From Candidatus Babeliales bacterium (GTDB lineage: Bacteria > Babelota > Babeliae > Babelales > Vermiphilaceae): a DNA stretch of 64,000 nt. The stretch is taken from NCBI GenBank assembly GCA_963743635.1, contig CAVUQO010000002.1:256001-320000 (forward strand), written 5' to 3'. Under the pieces are notes generated by a model. That model ran no database searches, was not told the origin of the DNA, and worked only from the letters and a program-made list of their open reading frames with translations. The translations under genes were made by a program, and so were the position numbers. Positions 26,170 through 45,187 of the stretch are shown piece by piece. Position 1 is the stretch's first letter; the number at the start of each line of letters is the position of its first letter.

Positions 26170-26868
26170 ATGGCAAAACATGGAAAAAAATATCAGAATG
26201 CGGTAACAGGTGTTAAGCCGGGCGTTACTATGCCAGTAAAAGAGGCATTAGCTAAGCTTAAAGAACTTGCGTATGCAAAATTTGATGAATCAATCGATGT
26301 CAGTGTAGGTTTGGGTATTGATCCAACGAAGGGCGAGCAAGCCGTTCGTGGATCTACATTATTACCTCATGGTAAGGGCAAAAAAGTTCGCGTTATCGTC
26401 TTTGCAAAAGGCGAACATGCCGATGCAGCTCTCGCTGCAGGAGCAGATGCAGTTGGCGCGGAGGATCTTGTTGAAAAGATTGAAAATGGATGGATGGAAT
26501 TTGATGTTGCAGTAGCAACACCAGATTTGATGGGACTTGTTGGTAAGCTTGCTAAATTGCTTGGACCGCGTGGACTATTGCCTAACAAAAAAGTTGGCAC
26601 AGTTACGTTTGATGTAGCTCCAGTAGTTAGTGATCTTAAAAAGGGTCGTGCATTCTTTAAAAATGATAAGAGCGGCTTCGTTAACTTCTCATTTGGAAAA
26701 AAATCCTTTGATGTTGAGAAATTGCATGACAATCTTGTTGCATTTGCTAAAGCGCTTGCGTCATCAAAACCAGCATCGTCTAAGGGTAAGTTTTTAAGAA
26801 AAATGACGATTTCTTCAACTATGGGTGTTGGTATAGCTATCAGCCCAGATGAAGTCTTACAGTCTTGA
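26170..26868 (+). CDS. rplA: 50S ribosomal protein L1
   Basis: AKFDES, LPHGKGK, LGPRGLLPN, SSTMG. Confidence 0.97.
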   Translation: MAKHGKKYQNAVTGVKPGVTMPVKEALAKLKELAYAKFDESIDVSVGLGIDPTKGEQAVRGSTLLPHGKGKKVRVIVFAKGEHADAALAAGADAVGAEDLVEKIENGWMEFDVAVATPDLMGLVGKLAKLLGPRGLLPNKKVGTVTFDVAPVVSDLKKGRAFFKNDKSGFVNFSFGKKSFDVEKLHDNLVAFAKALASSKPASSKGKFLRKMTISSTMGVGIAISPDEVLQS

Positions 26869-26889
26869 TTGGTATAAAGGGCATATACG

Positions 26890-27411
26890 ATGAATCGACA
26901 GCAAAAAGAGTCAGTTGTATCGCAATTGCGAAAGGAATTTTCGCATAGTGAGGCTGCATTTTTAGTTGGGTATCGTGGTTTAACGGTACATCAATTAGAA
27001 CGGCTTCGTGGCGATCTCCGCCAAAAAGGCGGTACATTTAAAATTACTAAAGCACGCTTGATGAAATTGGCTGTTGAGGGTTTGGATGGACAACAGGATT
27101 TAACGCCCTTTTTCAAAAATCAAGTTGGTTTAGTATTTTCCACACAAGAAACCCCCGCTATTGCAAAGGTTTTAAATGATTTTGCAAAAGAACATCAAGC
27201 TTTAGAGCTCGTTGTTGGGTGTCTTGATAAAAAAGTACTTCAAAAAAATGACGTAATTCGCATTGCTTCTCTTCCGTCTCGCGAAGTGTTGCTTGCGCAA
27301 GTTGCAGGTACATTAAATGCACCGATCAGTGGCTTGGCGTCAGTCTTGAATATTCTTATCGTTCGTCTCTTGTGGACATTAAAGCAAGTGGAAGAACAAA
27401 AGAATCAATAG
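26890..27411 (+). CDS. rplJ: 50S ribosomal protein L10
   Basis: YRGLTV, IASLPSREVLLAQ; synteny. Confidence 0.95.
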   Translation: MNRQQKESVVSQLRKEFSHSEAAFLVGYRGLTVHQLERLRGDLRQKGGTFKITKARLMKLAVEGLDGQQDLTPFFKNQVGLVFSTQETPAIAKVLNDFAKEHQALELVVGCLDKKVLQKNDVIRIASLPSREVLLAQVAGTLNAPISGLASVLNILIVRLLWTLKQVEEQKNQ

Positions 27412-27478
27412 AATTTGAGAATTGTTTAATTAAATACGAATATTATTGGTGTATTTCCTTAACTTAATGGAGAATGCA

Positions 27479-27859
27479 ATGGCATCCAAATTACACGAAG
27501 AAATGATTAGAAGAAATTGGTAACATGTCTGTTCTAGAATTGCAGATTTAGTAAAAGCACTAGAAGAAAATTCGGTGTTTCAGCAGCTATGCCTACAGCG
27601 CAGCAGCGCCTGCAGCAGCAGCACCAGTGGCAGCAGCAGCAGAAGAAAAATCTGAATACAAAGTTACCTTAAAGAAGTCTGGCGCGAAAAGATCAAAGTG
27701 ATCAAAGCGGTCCGTAAAGCAGTTCCTGAATTAACTCTGCAGAAGCAAAGAAAAAGTTGAAGGCGCACCAAGTGTTCTTGTTGAATCTGCGTCAAAAGAT
27801 GATGCTAAAAAGATCAAAAAGAACTTGAAGAAGCTGGAGCTAAAGTAGAGCTTTCATAA
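27479..27859 (+). CDS. rplL: 50S ribosomal protein L7/L12 (multiple frameshifts)
   Basis: MSVLE.., LVKALEE, Ala-rich hinge, EEKSEYKV, KIKVIKAVR, LEEAGAKVELS across frames. Confidence 0.88.
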
Positions 27860-27962
27860 TTTTTAGCCTGCGTATTAAATACGCTCCAATAGATATAATA
27901 TTTGCGCGATACGTAAATAGTCATGTGAGAAATAGTTTTTTCGAATAACGAGGAGCGACTTA

Positions 27963-36524
<8,562 letters not shown>

Positions 36525-36601
36525 TCCGCCTACATTGCCGGAAGGCTCGGCCTGTCAGGCGTAGCTCCAAAAGGAGCGAAGACTGGACAAGCGTAGACGG
36601 A
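36525..36601. repeat. Palindromic repeat element at the tRNA-Val 3' end
   Basis: TCCGCCTAC...GTAGACGGA enclosing CAGGCGTAGCTCC-AAAA-GGAGCGAAGACTGG. Confidence 0.7.
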
Positions 36602-36670
36602 CATACACAAAAATATTATTTGTGGTATTATTAGATAAAGACTATAAAAAATACATAACTAGAGGTTAGA

Positions 36671-36943
36671 ATGACCCGAACAAAAGAAGAAAGATTAGAG
36701 ATCATAAAACCGTTTCAGTTGAATCCCCAAGATACAGGTTCAGTTGAGGTACAAGTTGCCTTGTTGACCGACCGTATTCTTGCGTTGACGGAGCATTTTA
36801 AGGTTCATAAAAAGGATTTTTCTCTTAAGAGTGGCCTTTTGAAGCTTGTATCGCGTCGTCGTACCCTATTGGGATACTTGGAACGAAAAAATGCTCAAAA
36901 GTGTCAGGCTGTTATGAGCGCTTTAAATCTTCATAAAAAATAA
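36671..36943 (+). CDS. rpsO: 30S ribosomal protein S15
   Basis: DTGSVEVQVALLT, HKKD, GLLKLVSRRRTLL. Confidence 0.97.
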   Translation: MTRTKEERLEIIKPFQLNPQDTGSVEVQVALLTDRILALTEHFKVHKKDFSLKSGLLKLVSRRRTLLGYLERKNAQKCQAVMSALNLHKK

Positions 36944-37019
36944 CAAATAACGGAAGATCCATGAGGGTCGTCTCGATACGAATAAATAAGAATAATAATA
37001 TTACAATAGGTTTGTTGGA

Positions 37020-39104
37020 ATGGTAAAAACGTTTCGTTTAGAAGAATTAAATTATGAAGTAGAGATTGGGAAATACGCCTGTCAGGCTGATGGCGCAGTA
37101 TGGTTAAGACAAGGGGGCACCGTTGTACTAGCGACTGTCGTTTCGGCAAAATCACAGGAATTCCCTGGATTTTTACCATTAACCGTTGATTATCGAGAAA
37201 TGTTTGCAGCTGCGGGTAAAATTCCGGGTGGTTACTACAAGCGTGAAGGTCGATCTACCGACAAAGAAATTTTGACAGGTCGTCTTATTGATCGCACATT
37301 GCGGCCACTATTTCCATCAAACTACTTCAATCAACTACAAGTTCTTGCAACAGTTTATTCTGTTGATAAGGAACATATGCCAGGAACTCTTGCACTAGTC
37401 GCAAGTTCACTGGCTCTTTCTATTTCAAAGATCCCCTTTCTCGGGCCAGTAGGCGTTGTAGAAGTTGGACGTGTAGATGGCAAATGGATTGTAAATCCTA
37501 CTTTTTCACAAAGCCAAAAATCTGATGTTCGCATTGTAGTGAGTGGTACCGAAGAAGGTATCGTCATGGTTGAAGGTTCATCAAATGAAATTTCTGAAGC
37601 TGAAATGGTCGATGTACTATTCTTAGCGCATGATTCAATTAAGAAGCAGGTTGCTTGGCAAGAACAAATTCGTAAAGAAGTTGGCATTGCTAAAGAAGAA
37701 GTTGACCAAGCGCTCAATTGGGATTTGTGGAACGGAAAAGCTCATGCATTCCTTACTAAGGACGTCTTGAGCCGTTTGAATGTTGCCGATAAAGTTGAAC
37801 GCAGCAAAAACTTAAAAGAAATAAAAGAAACGTTCATTATGCATTTAGCAGCAGAGGTTGCTGAAGGTGTAGTGACGGAAAAAATTCTCGATTACGCTTT
37901 TGAACAAGCATTAAATCGCAATGTTACTGATTTTGTGATTGCTCAAAGCAAGCGTATGGATAACCGTGCATTTGATAAAATTCGTGCAATTTCGTGTGAA
38001 GTTGGGTTGTTACCATACAATCACGGTTCAGCGTTATTTACACGAGGAAGTACTCAAGCGCTGGTGAGTGTGACTCTTGGAAGTGGACAAGATGAACAAC
38101 GCGTAGAAAGTCTTATGGAAGACGACACAGTGGGTCGCACTTTCATGTTGCATTACAACTTCCCTCCATTCTCAGTGGGTGAAGTAAGACCGATGCGTGG
38201 TCCAGGACGTCGAGAAGTTGGGCACGGGTATTTGGCAGCGTCAGCGCTTAAATACATGCTTCCAACCAAAGAAGAGTTCTCTTACACGATTCGTGTTGTT
38301 GCGGACATGCTTGAATCTGACGGTTCAACGTCTATGGCAACCACGTGTGGGACAACACTCGCTTTGATGCAAGCAGGTGTTCCAATTAAAAAAATGGTAA
38401 GCGGTATTGCTATGGGATTACTCCGTAATACTCAAGGTGATTTCCGTGTACTTTCAGATATCTCCGGTTTTGAAGATGCCTTTGGTCTTATGGACTTTAA
38501 AGTGACCGGTACGGATGACGGTATTACCGCGATCCAAATGGATATTAAATATAAGGGAGGCTTGCCCCGTGAAATTTTCGAATCCGCTCTTGCTCAAGCT
38601 CGGCAAGGACGACTACATATATTAGGCGAAATGCGTAAAGTAATGGATAAACCAAACACAAAATTGTCAGATCTAGTTCCTCAATTAGAAACCTTCAAAA
38701 TTTCACCAGATAAAATTGGTGCAGTTATTGGTACAGGTGGCAAAACTATTCGTGAAATCATTGAAAAAACTGGTGTTGCGAGTATCGATATCGAAGAAGA
38801 TGGCTTAGTTAAAATTTTTGGAACTCCGGATTCAAAAATTGATATGGCGATCAATTGGGTAAAAACAATTGCTGGTCAAATCGAATCAGGCGCACGTTAC
38901 GAAGGCGTTATCAAACGCATCGTTGATTTCGGTATCTTCGTTGAGCTAGTTCCTGGTCAAACAGGCTTGGTTCACGTTTCAAACATACCAAAAGAAAAAC
39001 AACGTACTTTTGCTCGTGATTACAAAGTTAATGACGCTGCAACGGTTGAAGTTCTTGACTATGATTCAGCAACTGGTCGTATCAGACTTCGTATTATTGA
39101 ATAA
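37020..39104 (+). CDS. pnp: Polynucleotide phosphorylase
   Basis: FLPLTVDYRE, RREVGHG, ESDGSTSMA, MDFKVTG, KH and S1 domains. Confidence 0.98.
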   Translation: MVKTFRLEELNYEVEIGKYACQADGAVWLRQGGTVVLATVVSAKSQEFPGFLPLTVDYREMFAAAGKIPGGYYKREGRSTDKEILTGRLIDRTLRPLFPSNYFNQLQVLATVYSVDKEHMPGTLALVASSLALSISKIPFLGPVGVVEVGRVDGKWIVNPTFSQSQKSDVRIVVSGTEEGIVMVEGSSNEISEAEMVDVLFLAHDSIKKQVAWQEQIRKEVGIAKEEVDQALNWDLWNGKAHAFLTKDVLSRLNVADKVERSKNLKEIKETFIMHLAAEVAEGVVTEKILDYAFEQALNRNVTDFVIAQSKRMDNRAFDKIRAISCEVGLLPYNHGSALFTRGSTQALVSVTLGSGQDEQRVESLMEDDTVGRTFMLHYNFPPFSVGEVRPMRGPGRREVGHGYLAASALKYMLPTKEEFSYTIRVVADMLESDGSTSMATTCGTTLALMQAGVPIKKMVSGIAMGLLRNTQGDFRVLSDISGFEDAFGLMDFKVTGTDDGITAIQMDIKYKGGLPREIFESALAQARQGRLHILGEMRKVMDKPNTKLSDLVPQLETFKISPDKIGAVIGTGGKTIREIIEKTGVASIDIEEDGLVKIFGTPDSKIDMAINWVKTIAGQIESGARYEGVIKRIVDFGIFVELVPGQTGLVHVSNIPKEKQRTFARDYKVNDAATVEVLDYDSATGRIRLRIIE

Positions 39105-39128
39105 CCTTTTCAAGGGTTTAAAGCAGTA

Positions 39129-39959
39129 ATGCAGAAAACAATTCGTAGAATTGGTGGGCGTGCGTATAATCAGCTACGCCCACTTTCCATTTCATATGAT
39201 GTATATGGCTATGCACTCGCCTCGGTACTCCTAGAAGTAGGCAACACCAAAGTCTTGTGCTCTATACATATACAACACAATGTGCCTCCCTTCTTACGTG
39301 GTAAGAAACAAGGATGGCTCACCGCGGAATACAGCATGTTGCCGAGCGCAACACAAGTGCGCACCGTACGCGAATCTTCGAGTACGAATCGTAACGGCCG
39401 TTCGGTGGAAATTTCGCGTCTTATCGGCCGATCATTACGATCGGTTCTCGATCTCACCAAACTCGGTGAACAAACCATAGTAGTTGATTGTGATGTGTTA
39501 CAAGCAGATGGCGGTACACGTACTGCGTGTCTGACTGGCGCATTTTTAGCAGTTGAACTTGCGATCAAACGCTTGCATTACCTGAGTGAAGAAGATCGCG
39601 CTGCGATCATAAAAGATCGTCTTGTGGCACTTTCAGCTGGCGTATGCGGCGATCAAGTGTTACTCGATATTGATTGCGCAGAAGATAGTAGCATTGATGC
39701 TGATTTTAATTTTGTGCTGACCGAGTCAGATAAAATTGTTGAAGTTCAAGGTACTGCCGAACATCACGCTATTGACTGGGCGCTCTTCCAGCAACTGTGC
39801 GATATTGCACGCCAAGGTGCTCAGGATCTTGCCGATCAACTCAAGAAATTCCCTGCGCCAGAAGTAAAACAAACTCATGGCTCATCGTCAGAAAAACGCC
39901 CCGCATTCTTTAGCTTGCAGAACCGCTCCTCGGCACGTCAAAGCACCACATCTGAATAA
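39129..39959 (+). CDS. rph: Ribonuclease PH
   Basis: GWLTAEYSMLP, EISRLIGRSLR, DCDVLQADGGTRTA, EVQGTAE. Confidence 0.95.
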   Translation: MQKTIRRIGGRAYNQLRPLSISYDVYGYALASVLLEVGNTKVLCSIHIQHNVPPFLRGKKQGWLTAEYSMLPSATQVRTVRESSSTNRNGRSVEISRLIGRSLRSVLDLTKLGEQTIVVDCDVLQADGGTRTACLTGAFLAVELAIKRLHYLSEEDRAAIIKDRLVALSAGVCGDQVLLDIDCAEDSSIDADFNFVLTESDKIVEVQGTAEHHAIDWALFQQLCDIARQGAQDLADQLKKFPAPEVKQTHGSSSEKRPAFFSLQNRSSARQSTTSE

Positions 39960-40097
39960 ACCGCACTCCTCCTTCGATACATTTTCATCTCGTCTCTTTC
40001 GTTACACTCAGGATGATCGGGATCCCGTTCCTGGTGAACTATCCACTACTCACATTTTGAATTGTCACTTCTTGATTTTACTTTAAAGCTATTGATC

Positions 40098-40286
40098 CCC
40101 TTATATCCCGCGTTACGCCCTTGCGGGCTACTAGGGACGAACGGGGATGGGAATCTTCAGTTAGATTAAGCATTATTAAAGAAAAAAACATAAATAAATT
40201 CATATGAAAAAACCTAAATTTTGAAACAAATATCCACTCCCGTTCGTCCCTAGTAGCCCGCAAGGGCGTAACGCGGGATATAAGGG
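40098..40286. repeat. Perfect 48-bp inverted repeat with 93-nt AT-rich spacer (REPIN/MITE-like)
   Basis: 40098-40145 is the exact reverse complement of 40239-40286; each arm has an internal GCCC-GCAA-GGGC hairpin. Confidence 0.9.
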
Positions 40287-40446
40287 ATAAATTTAATAAG
40301 CCTGGCTATAAAAAGTCGTTCCTTGAATCCTCTTCATTTCAATGTATACTGGAAAGTAAACAATTAGTTTATTGTTATAACAACAATTCCCCCGTTCATC
40401 ATGAGTGTTCTGAGGGTGAATGTAATGAGCCCAAAGAACGTATCGA

Positions 40447-41397
40447 ATGATGGATTTTATTACGGTATTAAAAAATGTTGCCTCTCCTTCCTGGATTGCG
40501 CAACACCATGTCATCAAATGTACGGGTACCCAAGAGTATCCACTCCTCTTTTTCTCATTGTTGTTACAACAGCTTAAAAAACAGAGCAACCAACCCATGC
40601 ACACGGTGCAAGAGGATGAAAGTTACTCCAGTCTTATCCATCGTTTCGAGTCATCATTTTTAGGAATGTCGAGTGTCTACTGGCTTGGCGATATACAACG
40701 TTATGACCAGTCAACGCGAGAAAAGCTGACCACCTACATCGAGTCCTATCAAGGGCCGAATGTGCTTATTATCTACATGGCGCCGCATGCTGAACGTTCC
40801 TCCTCAAAGAAGATGGTGACCGTAGAAATTCCCGCAATCGTTGATAAAAAACAAATTCAAGAACTATGCACGCTGTTTGGTAACGGGCGCGTGCGTACGG
40901 TGCCCGATCTTGGCGTCTACGAAAAGCAATTGACGCTCGATCGCGTATGCTTGCTCATTCAATATTTGAGTGTGGTGGGTAGCGGTGTGCGTGATTTCAA
41001 TGAACAATGGCTCGGGCATGTCATCGTGCCGGAACTATCGCTCTTCACGTTGAGTCAATACTTCTTTGCACGTGATGGTATGCGCTTTTTCAAACAATGG
41101 GCAGTGCTCAAAGATCAATATGCCGCACCATTCTGGATCTCATTCTGGTCCGAACAAGTATGGCGCGCAACCCTCTTTATTGAACTTTCGCAACAACGTA
41201 ATTTCGCCGAAGCAAAACGTATCAGCTTTAAGCTTCCGTTTTCATTCATTCAACGCGATTGGAAAAATGTTACTGCGCAAGAATTAAAACGCGCACACGA
41301 CGTTCTCTATCGTTGCGATCACGCCATCAAAAATGGCGGCGACGCTAATATGCTCGAACTCTTCTATACCGACTATTTACAGCGGTTATATCAGTAA
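40447..41397 (+). CDS. holA: Probable DNA polymerase III delta subunit (divergent)
   Basis: 316 aa; SSFLG motif, 'SLFTLSQYFFARD' helix, C-terminal 'LYRCDHAIKNGGDANMLELF' resembles the HolA C-terminus. Confidence 0.6.
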   Translation: MMDFITVLKNVASPSWIAQHHVIKCTGTQEYPLLFFSLLLQQLKKQSNQPMHTVQEDESYSSLIHRFESSFLGMSSVYWLGDIQRYDQSTREKLTTYIESYQGPNVLIIYMAPHAERSSSKKMVTVEIPAIVDKKQIQELCTLFGNGRVRTVPDLGVYEKQLTLDRVCLLIQYLSVVGSGVRDFNEQWLGHVIVPELSLFTLSQYFFARDGMRFFKQWAVLKDQYAAPFWISFWSEQVWRATLFIELSQQRNFAEAKRISFKLPFSFIQRDWKNVTAQELKRAHDVLYRCDHAIKNGGDANMLELFYTDYLQRLYQ

Positions 41398-41412
41398 TGG
41401 ATTTTTAAATTT

Positions 41413-41685
41413 TTACTTCTTCAGATCACGATAAAAATTTTCATGTGATCCCAAAGAAAGCAAGATCAATGTATCCTGATGTTCTTGCCATTCATACGCA
41501 AGTAACGTGAGCTGTTTAACCATACTGAATTTGTAGACTTGTACTCCATCGAGATCGCCTTTTTTTAAAGCTCCAACTGTAGGATTAGCCATAACCGTTG
41601 TTATCGCTAAATCGAGATCTTTTTTTTGATTGGTGTGTAGTTTTTTGACTTGCTTAGAAAAAGTTGAAGTTTGTAAGATTTTCAT
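41413..41685 (-). CDS. RelE/ParE-family toxin
   Basis: FSKQVKKL, GALKKGDLDGVQVYKF, LGSHENFYRDLK. Confidence 0.85.
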   Translation of the reverse strand: MKILQTSTFSKQVKKLHTNQKKDLDLAITTVMANPTVGALKKGDLDGVQVYKFSMVKQLTLLAYEWQEHQDTLILLSLGSHENFYRDLKK

Positions 41686-41687
41686 AA

Positions 41688-41909
41688 CTAGTTCTCATCA
41701 AATTCATAGGCCTCAAGTTTGTCCGCAATTGCCTCTTGTTGGGCAATAAGAATATTTTTGATGAACTCATAGGTTAAATCAGGATTTTCTTCGGCCAATC
41801 TTCCGATTTTAGCCCAATGTTCTATCTGTCCGGCCAGAGAACGATTTAACGCCTTAGATATAATTTTTGCCTCTGAAATTATATCTTTTGATAATTTGAC
41901 TGTTGCCAT
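41688..41909 (-). CDS. ParD-like antitoxin
   Basis: TVKLS..RSLAGQIEHWAKIGRLAEENPDL; 2 nt upstream of the toxin. Confidence 0.85.
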   Translation of the reverse strand: MATVKLSKDIISEAKIISKALNRSLAGQIEHWAKIGRLAEENPDLTYEFIKNILIAQQEAIADKLEAYEFDEN

Positions 41910-42050
41910 AGTGGTTTTTTCCTTTAAATTTAGATTTAAGAGCTTTATTAGAATTATACGTTATTTTGACTCAAAATGCAACCATATGCGTAAAATAAAG
42001 TCCTTTTGACCCGTTTTAAAGTGAAAGCGAGGGAAATTAAAATTGGTACG

Positions 42051-42152
42051 CACGACGTTCTCTATCGCTGCGATCACGCCATCAAAAATGGCGGCGACGC
42101 TAATATGCTCGAACTCTTCTATACCGACTATTTACAGCGGTTATATCAGTAA
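42051..42152 (+). repeat. Direct repeat of the last 102 nt of the holA-like gene (copy 2)
   Basis: Matches 41296-41397 with one mismatch and includes the TAA stop. Confidence 0.95.
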
Positions 42153-42197
42153 AAATAGGAATAATGAAATCTGTCAGCACGTTGCATAGGAATAGAG

Positions 42198-43085
42198 ATG
42201 TCTCCAAAAAAAATGCATGAACACGAGATTGATATTGATGTATCGCTTGTCAAAGAATTGGTGAATGCGCAATTCCCAGAATGGGGGCAATTACCGATTA
42301 AGCGAGTTGAATCAGCGGGAACCGATCATGTAATGTATCGTCTTGGTAATGATTTGTGTGTGCGATTGCCGCGTATCATTGAGGCGGATGCATGTATTGC
42401 AAGAGAGCAAGCATGGCTGCCCAAATTAGCACCTCTCTTATCACTTGCAGTTCCAGTACCTCTTGTATATGGAAAGCCGCAGGGTAATTACCCATGTCAC
42501 TGGTCTGTGTATCGATGGATTGAGGGCGAGAATGCATTTCATGCACCAATAGATGATAATCCACAAGCTGCAATCGATCTCGCGCAATTCATACATGCCT
42601 TGCAATTAATTGATACAGCAGGCGCCCCACATTCGCGTCGTGGTGTGCCACTTGCAACGCTTGATGGAGAAGTTCGTTCTGCAATGATGTCACTGCAGCA
42701 TGTGATTGATGCAAAGGCGGTCACTGCCGTATGGAATGAAAGCCTTGCAGCGCCTGAGTGGAATAAGCCTCCTGTGTGGAGTCATGGTGATCTGCTGCCA
42801 GGAAATGTGTTGGTGCGTAATGATCGAATCAATGCGATTCTTGATTTTAGTTCCGTTGGTATTGGCGATCCTGCATGTGATATGATTCCCGCATGGAGTA
42901 TTTTTTCGGCTAAAACACGGGATATCTTTCGAGCTCATCTGAGCGTTGATGATGCGACGTGGATGCGTGGTCGCGGTTGGGCGCTGTCTATTGCAGTTAT
43001 TGCACTTCCTTATTACCAGGACACTAATCCTGTACTTGTGGCAATTGCGCACCGTATGTTAAAAGAAATTTTAGGCGAACGTTAA
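42198..43085 (+). CDS. Aminoglycoside phosphotransferase (APH/choline kinase-like) family protein
   Basis: SAGTDHVMYRLG, VRLPR, HGDLLPGNVLV, ILDFS, GDPACD. Confidence 0.88.
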   Translation: MSPKKMHEHEIDIDVSLVKELVNAQFPEWGQLPIKRVESAGTDHVMYRLGNDLCVRLPRIIEADACIAREQAWLPKLAPLLSLAVPVPLVYGKPQGNYPCHWSVYRWIEGENAFHAPIDDNPQAAIDLAQFIHALQLIDTAGAPHSRRGVPLATLDGEVRSAMMSLQHVIDAKAVTAVWNESLAAPEWNKPPVWSHGDLLPGNVLVRNDRINAILDFSSVGIGDPACDMIPAWSIFSAKTRDIFRAHLSVDDATWMRGRGWALSIAVIALPYYQDTNPVLVAIAHRMLKEILGER

Positions 43086-43138
43086 AATTATATGCGTAGG
43101 CAAAATATGAAAAAAGTAAGCAAGAGAGGTATCTTATT

Positions 43139-44011
43139 ATGACATCGTCCTCAGGAATCATCGAAATTGATGGTTTTAAAATGCATTATACGATCGAAGG
43201 TTCGGGCAAACCGGCGCTCGTAATTGGCAGTGCCATCTACTATCCACGCACCTTTTCACAAAATTTGCGCAATCATCTGCAACTCATTTTTATCGACCAT
43301 CGTGGCTTTGCGGAATCGAATATTACTGATACCAAGAAGTTTGAGCTTGATCTTTTACTCGATGATGTTGAAAAGATTCGGCAACATCTGAATCTCGAGG
43401 ACATCATCGTCATAGGCCATTCCGGCCATGGCTATATGGCGCTTGAATATGCCAAAAAATATCCACAGCATGTTTCGCACGTCGTGCTTATTGCAACCGG
43501 CCCTGATCAAAGTCCTGCAAGTATGCAAGCAGCTGAGCAGTATTTTAATGATACGGTAAATCCCGAGCAAAAAGCGTTCTTAGAGGACGATCTTAAGAAA
43601 TTGCACGCTGATATTCAAGCTGATCCTGATCGCCGCTTTGTGCACTTTTGTGTGCGCCTTGGCGCTAAAAGTTGGTATGACTTTACCTACAATGCGTCTA
43701 AATTGTGGGAAGGGGTTACCACGAATATGGCAATGATCGATTATGTGTGGGGAGCCGTATTTCGCGATCTTGATATCACGAAAGGTCTTGAGAATTTTAA
43801 TAAGCCGGTATTTCTCGCGCTCGGACATTTTGATTTTCTCGTCGCACCATTCTATTTATGGAATCCAATCAGATCAAAATTTAAGAATCTCACGATTCGC
43901 CTCTTTGGCAAAAGTGGCCATACACCACAACTCGAGGAGCCGGCATTGTTTGATGCAGAACTGTTGAAGTGGCTTTCTGCAAATCAGGGCACAAGGAATT
44001 TCAATTTATAG
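43139..44011 (+). CDS. Alpha/beta hydrolase (proline iminopeptidase-like)
   Basis: DHRG, GHSGHG nucleophile elbow, D and SGHTPQLEEP. Confidence 0.85.
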   Translation: MTSSSGIIEIDGFKMHYTIEGSGKPALVIGSAIYYPRTFSQNLRNHLQLIFIDHRGFAESNITDTKKFELDLLLDDVEKIRQHLNLEDIIVIGHSGHGYMALEYAKKYPQHVSHVVLIATGPDQSPASMQAAEQYFNDTVNPEQKAFLEDDLKKLHADIQADPDRRFVHFCVRLGAKSWYDFTYNASKLWEGVTTNMAMIDYVWGAVFRDLDITKGLENFNKPVFLALGHFDFLVAPFYLWNPIRSKFKNLTIRLFGKSGHTPQLEEPALFDAELLKWLSANQGTRNFNL

Positions 44012-44058
44012 TGCCATAATTTGTTCTGCTGAAGTTTGCGAGCTTTCATTATTTATCC

Positions 44059-45027
44059 TTATGTAAGGTTTAATTTTTGCATTTTTTCTAATCGTGTGGG
44101 TTCTAATTTTATAAACCAATCGTTTTGCGAAAGATCTTGGTATGCAAGTCCTGCGAACTGTTTCGCAAATGCCAAATGAATTTCTGCCAATTCTTCATAA
44201 ACCATGCCGCGTCCGACAGCGATTATCTCAGGCGGTAAGGCACTTTTTTTTGCTATTTCGTCATATTCAGCAAGAACGGCTTGCTGAATAGTCAACGCTT
44301 CATCGAGCCGTCCCAGCGAACGTAGTGCACGTCCAATGCCCCATTTGGCGCCTCTCACAACAATTACGTCGCCTCGCTCTTGCCCATATTTTTTACATTC
44401 TTCGAATGCAGAAAGCGCTTTATCATACTCCTCACCTTGGATGTAAGCCTGTGCCAAATTATTATAAAGGGCGCCCAGCCACGCCTGCGCACGCGTACCT
44501 TTTGATGCACGCGCCAACTCAATTGCCTTTTCATTCCATTTGATTTTGTCCTCAGGACGTTTTTCAACTATCGCGATCATATGAGCAGCATTAGCGGTAT
44601 GAAAGTCAAATCCATGCTGTGCACTCAACTCATACGATTGCATGAAAAGCGGTAATGCTTTATCCACGTCGCCCGCTTGATGATATACACGCCCACGCTC
44701 AAGCAGTATTCTCACGCGTGCAAGATCATACTCAGGCGCCAGTAATGCTTCCGCTGTGTCCAATGTTTCATGCGCCTCAACGAATTTTTGCTGCATGGCT
44801 TGAACCAGCGCAATTTGAGATAGGATCTGCAAATATATTGATTTATCTTCTAATGCTTGCGCTTCCGGGAGTAACGCAGAGAGATTCTTCTCTATGTCTG
44901 GACCACTGCCCGTAAAAAGCTCATCAAAGTTTTCCAATGAACTGACCTTTTTCTGTTGATTCATATAAAATCCAAAAGCTATGAGTAGAACGGTAAAAAC
45001 TAACAAGAATAGATATCTTAAAGACAC
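44059..45027 (-). CDS. Membrane-anchored tetratricopeptide repeat protein
   Basis: N-terminal TM; TPR-like helices (LLERGRVY, LYNNLAQAY, GRALRSLGRLDEAL). Confidence 0.8.
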   Translation of the reverse strand: MSLRYLFLLVFTVLLIAFGFYMNQQKKVSSLENFDELFTGSGPDIEKNLSALLPEAQALEDKSIYLQILSQIALVQAMQQKFVEAHETLDTAEALLAPEYDLARVRILLERGRVYHQAGDVDKALPLFMQSYELSAQHGFDFHTANAAHMIAIVEKRPEDKIKWNEKAIELARASKGTRAQAWLGALYNNLAQAYIQGEEYDKALSAFEECKKYGQERGDVIVVRGAKWGIGRALRSLGRLDEALTIQQAVLAEYDEIAKKSALPPEIIAVGRGMVYEELAEIHLAFAKQFAGLAYQDLSQNDWFIKLEPTRLEKMQKLNLT

Positions 45028-45124
45028 GTCGTTTCCTTTATTGCGCTATGATTGGTATGATTTTACATAGTACTATTAATCTGCTCATTTTTAAATAAGT
45101 GCTATAAACAATACTTTTGGCCGT

Positions 45125-45164
45125 AAAAAAAGAAAGCCTTTTTCAACCGAGGAAAAAGGCTTTC
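45125..45164 (-). terminator. Intrinsic terminator
   Basis: AGAAAGCCTTTTTC-loop-GAAAAAGGCTTTCT with an A-tract on the left. Confidence 0.75.
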
Positions 45165-45187
45165 TCTGAGAAGTTAATGATCTTGAA

